Of a stretch of 64,000 nt of DNA, positions 20,496 through 27,966 are shown one piece after another. The DNA is from Candidatus Tiddalikarchaeum anstoanum. GTDB lineage: Archaea > Nanobdellota > Nanobdellia > Tiddalikarchaeales > Tiddalikarchaeaceae. How positions within the stretch are numbered: the first letter of the stretch is position 1; each line of letters opens with the position of its first letter. The stretch covers positions 14,047-78,046 of the forward strand of contig CABMEV010000013.1 of assembly GCA_902385255.1 (NCBI GenBank), given 5' to 3'. The notes under the pieces are model-generated. The model searched no databases. It saw nothing but the letters and a program-made list of their open reading frames with translations, and was not told the DNA's origin. Made by a program: the position numbers and the translations under genes.

Positions 20496-20762
20496 TACGA
20501 CGCCAATTATTAGAACAACGCCGAATGCCAAGTTTATATAATAACTTAGAGAATTTTTTACCTTATTATTTATGCTTTTGTAAAAAGTGGTTCCTCCAAC
20601 CTGAAAACTGCGAACGTGTCCGTTCCCTTCAAGGAAGTTCAGACTAGACGCTATCAAGGACTTATCCGCTGATAATGCTAGGGCTATTTTCTTAACCGGC
20701 AATTCCTGTTTTTTAAGCAGTATAAGCAATTTCTCATTAAGAACGTCAACTTCACTTTTCAT
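20472..20762 (-). CDS. membrane-anchored winged-helix (wHTH) protein
   Basis: MKSEVDVLNEKLLILLKKQELPVKKIALALSADKSLIASSLNFLEGNGHVRSF... followed by C-terminal TM LAFGVVLIIGVVLYYIL. Start set at ATG 20762, because the longer ORF to 20831 would overlap the rps10 start. Confidence 0.5.
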   Translation of the reverse strand: MKSEVDVLNEKLLILLKKQELPVKKIALALSADKSLIASSLNFLEGNGHVRSFQVGGTTFYKSINNKVKNSLSYYINLAFGVVLIIGVVLYYILKV

Positions 20763-20818
20763 AATATAAACTAAGCATAGAAACTTTTTTAAAACGTTCT
20801 CTTTTATTTCTTCTAATA

Positions 20819-21127
20819 ATGTCAAGTGCAAGAATCAAGCTATCAAGTACTAATCCAAGACAACTGGATGATATCTGCAGCCAGATTAAGGATATTGCAG
20901 GAAAAGTCGGAGTTGGCATAAAAGGTCCAATACCTCTTCCTAGAAAACGCCTCGTTGTTCCAACAAGAAGAACTCCTTGCGGTTCAGGAAGAGAAACTTA
21001 TGACAGATATGAGATGAGAATCTGCAAAAGAGTAATTGATTTAGGTGTAAATGAAAGAGCATTAAGGCTTATTATGAGAATCCCAATACCTAAAGGCGTA
21101 AATGTAGAGATGGAAATAAAAGAATAA
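20819..21127 (+). CDS. rps10: 30S ribosomal protein S10 (uS10)
   Basis: 102 aa. ARIKLSSTNPRQLDDICSQIKDIAGKVGVGIKGPIPLPRKRL...YEMRICKRVIDL. Confidence 0.93.
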   Translation: MSSARIKLSSTNPRQLDDICSQIKDIAGKVGVGIKGPIPLPRKRLVVPTRRTPCGSGRETYDRYEMRICKRVIDLGVNERALRLIMRIPIPKGVNVEMEIKE

Positions 21128-21149
21128 AAAAAAAATCTCACAAATTTTT

Positions 21150-22691
21150 TTAGTTTTTGCATACTAATAATATTTCAGTGCCTTCTATATCCACACTGAA
21201 GACTTTATTGCAGCCAAAATCGTATCTCCACCACTTATAATTAGTCATGAAATAATCCGAACTGTTGTAGAAACTAATATTCCTGTCAACTGCGTTGAAA
21301 GTGAATCTTGACTTCTCGCTGTCATTGAACAATAACAAATTCATAGACGGATCCATGCCAAGATAAGCTATGCTGATATTCTGCCTGTTATCATTTTCTA
21401 AAACGTACTCAATAGCCTGCTTGTAAGATACACCCCAGTAATCCATTTCGAATGTGTTTCTAATATTAACAAAGTCACGGATAATCTTGTTGAAATAAAC
21501 CATCTCGTAAGGGTGGAATCTTACCATGAATAATAGGGTATATACCAAACTAGCTGCTAATGCTGTCATCGCTAAATACTTCACTAATTTCCCCCTATTA
21601 ATTAAGAATACAAATCCTTTTACTGCAATAATAACAAATGCGGGATAAGTGAAAAATAAGTGCCTCCACGAATCATACAATGGAGACTTAAACAGTATAA
21701 CTAAAAATAACGGCAGGAAAAACCATAAACTTACAGATGCATCCATCCTTCCAAATTTTTTATTTAATAGTAAGAGTATCAGATAAACAACTCCAAAACA
21801 AAATAATGCAGTATAAATGATAGGTGTTGTTATGAATATCCAGACAAGAACGTAATGCCAAGGCATAGTTGCGGGTGTTATTACCTTACCGAGATAAATC
21901 TCGTTGAAGTCATGCCTGAACCTTGAGAACGCATTCAACGCCTCGAATATGTAGAACGGGCTGCTCCATAATGTAGGCCAGAAAAGGATAATTAAGATAG
22001 AAGTCAGAGTAAAGTAGAATACTGGCTTTGACAACTCATGTTTTGTAATAAACAGCTTTTTATTACTTAAATTAAAGCAGTCAGAAAGCAAGAATATTAT
22101 AGTAATTGCAGGTATAATAAGCCCGAGAACGCGTATGTCAACAAGAAGGGCGCTTGTAATGGCGTGAAGACCCAGGTTAAATACTGACTTGTCATCCAAG
22201 AATCGGAACATGGAGTACACTGAGATTATGAAGAATGACAGGAAAACAGAATCCTTGGAATTGTAGAATGCGTCTGCGAATATCCTCGGACTTAGTATTA
22301 ATATTAGTACAGCCAAGAGCGAGATTTTCCAATTTTTGAAGTACTTCCTGCAAAGCAGGTAGAAGAAGTAAGTACTTGTATAAAATGTTAAGAAAATCAC
22401 TAAATGCCTCATTGCATAAATAGACTGGCTGCTCGTTAACCCGAGCAGTTTCTCAATTATCACCAGAAAGACCTCGTAAACAGGCCCGTAATCCTTATTC
22501 TGATACGATAATAATGAATTATCAGCATGAAATACGTAGTTGTAAACAGTTAATCCATAATCCCTCTGCACTGAGTCATCAAAACCCATACCATAATCCC
22601 TAAATACAAATAATCCTACAAAGAGAAATATTATCCAGAACGCCAGAGTTATTACCTTTTCATTGTCCAAGAATTTTAATGCCTTATTCAT
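21150..22691 (-). CDS. GT-C fold membrane glycosyltransferase (second copy, family 39/83-like)
   Basis: 513 aa, polytopic. First-loop FRDYGMGFDDSVQRDYG. C-terminal soluble region contains MDYWG. Last gene of the nrdJ-cobA-GT minus-strand string, 1-nt gap to cobA. Confidence 0.55.
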   Translation of the reverse strand: MNKALKFLDNEKVITLAFWIIFLFVGLFVFRDYGMGFDDSVQRDYGLTVYNYVFHADNSLLSYQNKDYGPVYEVFLVIIEKLLGLTSSQSIYAMRHLVIFLTFYTSTYFFYLLCRKYFKNWKISLLAVLILILSPRIFADAFYNSKDSVFLSFFIISVYSMFRFLDDKSVFNLGLHAITSALLVDIRVLGLIIPAITIIFLLSDCFNLSNKKLFITKHELSKPVFYFTLTSILIILFWPTLWSSPFYIFEALNAFSRFRHDFNEIYLGKVITPATMPWHYVLVWIFITTPIIYTALFCFGVVYLILLLLNKKFGRMDASVSLWFFLPLFLVILFKSPLYDSWRHLFFTYPAFVIIAVKGFVFLINRGKLVKYLAMTALAASLVYTLLFMVRFHPYEMVYFNKIIRDFVNIRNTFEMDYWGVSYKQAIEYVLENDNRQNISIAYLGMDPSMNLLLFNDSEKSRFTFNAVDRNISFYNSSDYFMTNYKWWRYDFGCNKVFSVDIEGTEILLVCKN

Positions 22692-22692
22692 G

Positions 22693-23208
22693 CTAGTATT
22701 CTATTCCTTTCACAGCTTTCACACCCTTATCATAAGGATGTTTCACATCATTCATTACAGTCACCAAGTCAGCCTTGTTTATGAACTCTTCAGGCGCATT
22801 CCTGCCAGTCAGTATTACAAGCATGTCTTTCGGAGCATCATCAATAAGTGACAATACATCCTCTTTTTTTAACAAACCTATGGCAACAGCGAGGTTCACC
22901 TCATCAAGTATTAACACCTTAATCTTCTCCTTTAATATTTTTTTGGCAAAGAGTATGCCTTTTTTTGCAGCAAAGATATCACTTTCATTTGGCTTGTCCA
23001 AATTCACGAACTCTTTTTTCCCAAACTGGTATAATTTAAGATAAGGACTCAGCATCTTCTGAACTTTATACTCGCCTACATCCTTTCTGCCTTTCATGAA
23101 CTGCACGATTACAACTTTATACTTATGACCTGCATTCCTTAAAGCCAAACCTAACGCAGTTAATGTCTTGCCCTCGCCGTCTCCGGTGTAAACATGCACC
23201 CTAACCAT
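22693..23208 (-). CDS. cobA: cob(I)alamin/cob(I)yrinic acid a,c-diamide adenosyltransferase (CobA/CobO/BtuR family)
   Basis: 171 aa. VYTGDGEGKTLTALGLALRNAGHKYKVVIVQFMKG matches the CobA P-loop region. 8-nt overlap with nrdJ. Confidence 0.85.
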   Translation of the reverse strand: MVRVHVYTGDGEGKTLTALGLALRNAGHKYKVVIVQFMKGRKDVGEYKVQKMLSPYLKLYQFGKKEFVNLDKPNESDIFAAKKGILFAKKILKEKIKVLILDEVNLAVAIGLLKKEDVLSLIDDAPKDMLVILTGRNAPEEFINKADLVTVMNDVKHPYDKGVKAVKGIEY

Positions 23209-24661
23209 TTTTGCAAACCTCGCATATCACTTGCTTTTCCCTGCTCTTATCGCGGTACACAGTCAATCCTTTAATACCTAACTCGTAACCAAGAAGCACC
23301 ACTTTCTTAACATCGCTCTTTGAAGCATCATTATTGAAAGATATAGTCTTACTAACTGCATTGTCAACATGTTTTTGGAATACTGCCTGCATCTTGACTT
23401 GTTGTTCGCTCTTCACATCCTTCAAAGTTACAAGATAATCCGAGTTCTCATACTTCTTGCTTAGAACATCCCCTTCATTTATTGAACGATTAAAAGATTC
23501 TGAAAACACAGGGTCTATGCTGCTTGAACAATCAGCTATTATGCTGATACTGCCTGTTGGCGCAATGCTAAGCAGTGTTTTATTATTCTCTGAATACTTC
23601 TTCGCAGTGGACTTGATAAATCCCATTACTTCATCAGCAATCCTCAGCGCAGAAGCGCTGTCATACCTAACCTTGATTTTTATCAGCATATCTGCGAATC
23701 CCATCACTCCAAGACCAACCTTCCTGTTTTTCAGGCATTTTTTCCTGATTTTGGGAAGAGGGTACTTGTTAATGTCAAGGATATTATTCAAGAACTTAAC
23801 ACCCAGCCTAACCAATTCTCCTAATTTTTCATAATTAATTTTCTCGCCAACTATTACTTTGCTTAAATTTATGCTACCAAGAACACACGCCTCATAAGGC
23901 TCGAGCGGGACTTCGCCGCATGGATTTGTTGCAGCAATGCCCTTCCCAAGCCTGTCTAAGAATATTATTCCAGGCTCGCCGTTGGAATGCATGTTTTCAA
24001 TTATGTTATCGAAGACTTTTTCTGCCTGGACTTTTTTAACAACGCGTCTAGTCCTCGGATTTATCAAATCATACTTTGAATCCTTCTTTAAAGCATCCAT
24101 GAATTTGGAAGTTATGCCCACACTGATATTAAAATGAGGCAGTCTGCCCTCCTCTTTTTTAGAGTTAATAAATTCCATGATGTCCGGATGGTCTACTCTT
24201 AACACCGCCATATTAGCACCCCTCCTTCTTCCACCCTGCTTGACCACTTCGGTGCTTTCATTGTATAATTTGATAAAGCTTACAGGACCGCTTGCCACAC
24301 CATTAGTCGTCTTTACCAAATCACCTCTTGGTCTTATTTTTGAGAAATCAAAACCTACACCGCCGCCGCTCTGGTATATAATTGCAGCATTTTTCAGCGT
24401 GTCATAAATGCTGACCAGGCTGTCCTCTATAGGGAGAACGAAACATGCCAGTAATTGCCCAATCTTTGTCCCAGCATTCATCAAGCACGGACTGTTAGGC
24501 AGGAATTCCAGATTAGTCATTATTTTATAAAACTCTTTTTCCAATTCTTTGTCATTCCTGCTTGCTGATTTAGCAACGCGCCTAAACAATCCTTCGAAAC
24601 TTTCACCAGGCATTAAGTATCTTTTTTTAAGCAATAATTTAGCATTTTCAGACAATTTCAT
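23201..24661 (-). CDS. nrdJ: adenosylcobalamin-dependent (class II) ribonucleotide reductase, compact form
   Basis: 486 aa. NPCGEVPLEPYEACVLGSINL active-site motif, FLPNSPCLMNAG, C-terminal CEVC redox pair. No ATP-cone. Confidence 0.88.
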   Translation of the reverse strand: MKLSENAKLLLKKRYLMPGESFEGLFRRVAKSASRNDKELEKEFYKIMTNLEFLPNSPCLMNAGTKIGQLLACFVLPIEDSLVSIYDTLKNAAIIYQSGGGVGFDFSKIRPRGDLVKTTNGVASGPVSFIKLYNESTEVVKQGGRRRGANMAVLRVDHPDIMEFINSKKEEGRLPHFNISVGITSKFMDALKKDSKYDLINPRTRRVVKKVQAEKVFDNIIENMHSNGEPGIIFLDRLGKGIAATNPCGEVPLEPYEACVLGSINLSKVIVGEKINYEKLGELVRLGVKFLNNILDINKYPLPKIRKKCLKNRKVGLGVMGFADMLIKIKVRYDSASALRIADEVMGFIKSTAKKYSENNKTLLSIAPTGSISIIADCSSSIDPVFSESFNRSINEGDVLSKKYENSDYLVTLKDVKSEQQVKMQAVFQKHVDNAVSKTISFNNDASKSDVKKVVLLGYELGIKGLTVYRDKSREKQVICEVCKNG

Positions 24662-24665
24662 TAGC

Positions 24666-24674
24666 TTTTAAAAA
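24666..24674. promoter_or_regulatory. palindromic TATA-like box in 37-bp divergent nrdJ/tsaC spacer
   Basis: TTTTAAAAA is centred ~29 nt upstream of the tsaC ATG (24699). A second AT box (24683-24694) lies ~28 nt from the nrdJ ATG (24661, minus strand). Confidence 0.35.
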
Positions 24675-24698
24675 CTCAGTCGTATTATTTAATATTTT

Positions 24699-25223
24699 AT
24701 GATAATAATTTATCCTACTGAGACATGTTACGGAATGGGCTGCAGCGCTTTCGATGAGGATAGCATAAGGAAAATTTATGACTTGAAAGGCCGTGACCCA
24801 AATAAGCCGCTCATAGTATTAGTTGACAGCATAAAGATGTGGGAGGATTTGGCTGTGATTAACAAGGAAGCGTTAAGGCTTGCCCGCAAATACTGGCCAG
24901 GACCTCTTACAATTGTCACCAAGAAAAAGAAAATAGTGCCATGTTGTCTGGCGAAGGATTATATTGGAGTTCGGATTAGCAGCCACGAAATACCTAATGT
25001 TTTAATCAAACAATTAGGTTGTCCGTTAGTCAGCACGAGTGCGAACTTAAGCGGAGGATTAACACCTTACTCAATAAAGGATATATCTAATGTCATACTC
25101 GAAAAAGCAGACTGGATAATAGACATTGGAAAACTGCCTGATAATCCGCCAAGCACAGTGGTAAAAGTTGAAGAAGACGGCAGCATAACTGAGATTAGAA
25201 AAGGCGGAATCAGCGTGAAATAA
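24699..25223 (+). CDS. tsaC: L-threonylcarbamoyladenylate synthase (YrdC/TsaC-type, single domain)
   Basis: 174 aa. YPTETCYGMGCSAFD...KGRDPNKPLIVLV...STSANLSG YrdC-domain motifs. Confidence 0.85.
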   Translation: MIIIYPTETCYGMGCSAFDEDSIRKIYDLKGRDPNKPLIVLVDSIKMWEDLAVINKEALRLARKYWPGPLTIVTKKKKIVPCCLAKDYIGVRISSHEIPNVLIKQLGCPLVSTSANLSGGLTPYSIKDISNVILEKADWIIDIGKLPDNPPSTVVKVEEDGSITEIRKGGISVK

Positions 25224-25260
25224 TAATATATTTAAACGGCATTTTTTCAAGGTTACTTTA

Positions 25261-25737
25261 ATGAATTATAGCGACGCGTGCAAATATCTAACAGATACTG
25301 CAAAATTATTAAATGAAAAAGGTGCTGTTAATTTTCCAGAACTCTCAAAAGTGCTGCTAGTTTATTCCGGGGATGAAGGCTGCGCAGTAAGGCAGTTTTA
25401 TTCACAACTCACTAAAGAATGTGTAGAAAAAATTGTTGCCTACGTAGTTGAAATAGTGGATGATGATGCTAAGCTTGAAAATCTGCTTGAGACTTCACAA
25501 AATATCAGTAAGCGCGACATAGTTCAGAATGTAATCCAGCACGTATTCTCACCATTACAAATAGCGTTAAATGAAGACTTATCCAGAAGGGTTTTTGATA
25601 TCTTAAACAGTGAAGTTTTTCATAAGTACATGGATTGCATCAAAGATTCAGCTAATTTTCTTGACCCTACCTTCTGGTGGCAAAGTCAGATAAAAAAGAA
25701 TTATGACAAATTGCTGTCTTTGTATAAACAGACTTAG
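25261..25737 (+). CDS. hypothetical protein
   Basis: 158-aa ORF, helical-looking, no recognised motif. Confidence 0.45.
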   Translation: MNYSDACKYLTDTAKLLNEKGAVNFPELSKVLLVYSGDEGCAVRQFYSQLTKECVEKIVAYVVEIVDDDAKLENLLETSQNISKRDIVQNVIQHVFSPLQIALNEDLSRRVFDILNSEVFHKYMDCIKDSANFLDPTFWWQSQIKKNYDKLLSLYKQT

Positions 25738-26366
25738 TACTCAATAGTGTACTCGTACTCTTTATGAGTAAACTTCTTCTTAATATATGCCAGCACTACT
25801 CCTGCTATGAAACCTGCCGCGTGAGCAACATGTCCGATACCATCCCCTCCGAGCAGTGAGAAGATTACTTCACCCAAAAACATTATCGGCCCTGCAAGGC
25901 TGATTGGTGCAGTAGTATATATATAGCCTATTGGGAATATTACCCTTGCCTTCGGTTCGAGTATTACAGCAGCGCCTATTAATCCGAATACGTAACCGCT
26001 TATTCCAAGACCCCAAACACCAGGATTGAATATCCCAAAAAGTATATTCCCCAAGATTACACTTAATACTAATAATAATATTATGAATTTTGAACCGTGA
26101 CGAAGCTCCAGTATTGAGCCGAACATAAATAAGCTGAACATATTAAACAATAAGTGAAAGATGTCAGCGTGCAGGAATGCGTTGGTAATAAGAGTCCACG
26201 GTCTTGCTAGTACATAATTGCTGTTAAACATCAGATACTCGTAAGCAGCCTCAGGCAAAAGGAAGAATACGGCAACACAGATAATTATTAGAGCAAGAGT
26301 CACTTTGCCGTAATTAACCTGAATGCCAGGCTTCCTGGAATAATAATCGTACGTGTATTCCACCAT
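25734..26366 (-). CDS. rhomboid family intramembrane serine protease
   Basis: 210 aa. HADIFHLLFNMFSLFMFG (H..N), catalytic GISGYVFGLIGA (GxSG), AHAAGFIAG (catalytic His). Confidence 0.85.
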   Translation of the reverse strand: MVEYTYDYYSRKPGIQVNYGKVTLALIIICVAVFFLLPEAAYEYLMFNSNYVLARPWTLITNAFLHADIFHLLFNMFSLFMFGSILELRHGSKFIILLLVLSVILGNILFGIFNPGVWGLGISGYVFGLIGAAVILEPKARVIFPIGYIYTTAPISLAGPIMFLGEVIFSLLGGDGIGHVAHAAGFIAGVVLAYIKKKFTHKEYEYTIEY

Positions 26367-26490
26367 TAGAATTTAGTTATAACTTATCAGTATTTAAAAT
26401 AGTTCTTAAAGAAAAAAGCATGTTTTCCAAAACTAATAAAAAGTTTTAAAGAACAAGGTTCCTTCTAAAATTAAATCTATTGGCCTTTTT

Positions 26491-26574
26491 GCCGGGGTGG
26501 CGGAGCGGTCTAACGCGCAGCACTGGAAATGCTGTCCTCCTCCGAGGGCTTGAGTTCGAATCTCAACCCCGGCG
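26491..26574 (+). tRNA. tRNA-Ser (anticodon GGA)
   Basis: Acceptor GCCGGGG/CCCCGGC. Anticodon arm CAGCA-CTGGAAA-TGCTG. Long variable arm. T arm TTGAG-TTCGAAT-CTCAA. Discriminator G. T6 run immediately downstream. Confidence 0.9.
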
Positions 26575-26615
26575 CTTACTTTTTTAAATAACTGAAAATT
26601 AATCTTTAATTAACC

Positions 26616-27839
26616 ATGTCAGATGAAGACTTACTGAATTTTACAGAGCAATCACCGCAGCCAAAAGATGATTTATCAAGCCTTGCACAGCAAAGCCCCA
26701 GGCAGAAGCCTGTATTAGAAACACTTATTGAAATAATCAAAAAAAGATGGATAATAATATCTGTTGCAATAGCAGTGATAATAATCTCAATAGTTCTCAT
26801 TATAGTATTATCAGGAAATAATAACGGAGCTGGCAATAATATATTCTCATCCAATCCGATACTGTTAGATTATGAGAGGACTGAAAACTGCAGCAGATTA
26901 GAAATATCGCAGAACCAAGTTAGCAATACGGGCTGCAGCCCCATATCCAATTTCATAGTCAGATTAAACAATGAGATATTAAACATCAGCTTAAACACTC
27001 CGATAGCGCCTAGTGAAACCAGAACAATAGATTATTCAGAACGAAACAATTTAGAGCAAAACAATTCAGAAATACTAAACGCTAGCCAGCCCGAATCTTA
27101 TGAAATAATAACAATAACTGACCCGGAACTAATTGCTAACATCACTGAAGAGTCGAACGAGACAGCCGGAAATGAAACAATTGAAACACTGCCCGAACAA
27201 GGCAACATAGACGACTGCATAAACCAAGCGGATGATATATTTCATATCAGGGTGTTTAACAACGAAACAAGCCAGTGCCAGAATGTGCAATTAACTCCCA
27301 CCACAATATTAGAGGAGCATTTTTCTTCATTATCAAATTGGAATATTAATTATGGAAACAATACGTACGGCGTTGATAACGGGATGCTAGTATGCAATGT
27401 AATGGATCAGGAAACACCGTTGCTGGTTAGCGTATTGAATATTTCTAATATGAATTATTACTTTAAAGGAGATTTTAATATCCAGAAAGGATTTCTTATC
27501 CTATTCACCCGTATAGGACAGGATAATAATGCATATATTCTAATTATTGGGGAAAACTATGCAGAATTAATGAAAGTTTCTAATACTACAAATTCAGGCA
27601 TGATATACACAAGCACTCCTCAAATTAGCCTAAACAACTGGAATAATTTTGAAATAGTGAATTATAATAATATTATAAGGGTGTTTATAAACGGAGGGAG
27701 AATAATAGATTACACAGACACCGCTGAGCCATTAACGTCCGGAAATTTGGGGCTATTAACAACCAGGATGTATAATACAACAACTTATGACAGAATCATG
27801 ATATCAATTAAGGATATTGAAATAAGTGAATTAACATGA
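26616..27839 (+). CDS. membrane-anchored, sequon-rich surface protein with C-terminal concanavalin/LamG (DUF1080-like) domain
   Basis: 407 aa. N-terminal TM WIIISVAIAVIIISIVLIIVL. The C-terminal ~170 aa (...NWNNFEIVNYNNIIRVFINGGRIIDYTD...GNLGLLT...IKDIEISEL) follow the DUF1080/LamG jelly-roll pattern. Confidence 0.5.
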   Translation: MSDEDLLNFTEQSPQPKDDLSSLAQQSPRQKPVLETLIEIIKKRWIIISVAIAVIIISIVLIIVLSGNNNGAGNNIFSSNPILLDYERTENCSRLEISQNQVSNTGCSPISNFIVRLNNEILNISLNTPIAPSETRTIDYSERNNLEQNNSEILNASQPESYEIITITDPELIANITEESNETAGNETIETLPEQGNIDDCINQADDIFHIRVFNNETSQCQNVQLTPTTILEEHFSSLSNWNINYGNNTYGVDNGMLVCNVMDQETPLLVSVLNISNMNYYFKGDFNIQKGFLILFTRIGQDNNAYILIIGENYAELMKVSNTTNSGMIYTSTPQISLNNWNNFEIVNYNNIIRVFINGGRIIDYTDTAEPLTSGNLGLLTTRMYNTTTYDRIMISIKDIEISELT

Positions 27840-27966
27840 ATAATATACTAATTTGCACTTCAGGATATGGTGAAGTTTTCCGGAAGAACATATAACCTAA
27901 AATATTCCACTAATTAGTAGTTAATACATTTTTTAAAACATAAGCAATTTTTTTAACTCCTAGAAA

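Noticed and set aside
21150-22691. Calling this GT-C protein the oligosaccharyltransferase AglB/STT3 because of an MDYWG motif
   Set aside because: The motif does not match WWDYG. The protein (513 aa) is shorter than known AglB, and I cannot verify the other STT3 motifs (DK/MI, EL1 DxD) by eye. I kept it as a generic GT-C glycosyltransferase.
5185-24661. Inteins or large insertions in rpoB, rpoA, fusA or nrdJ
   Set aside because: All have typical or shorter-than-typical lengths with contiguous conserved motifs. No Cys/Ser...HN intein-like blocks were seen.
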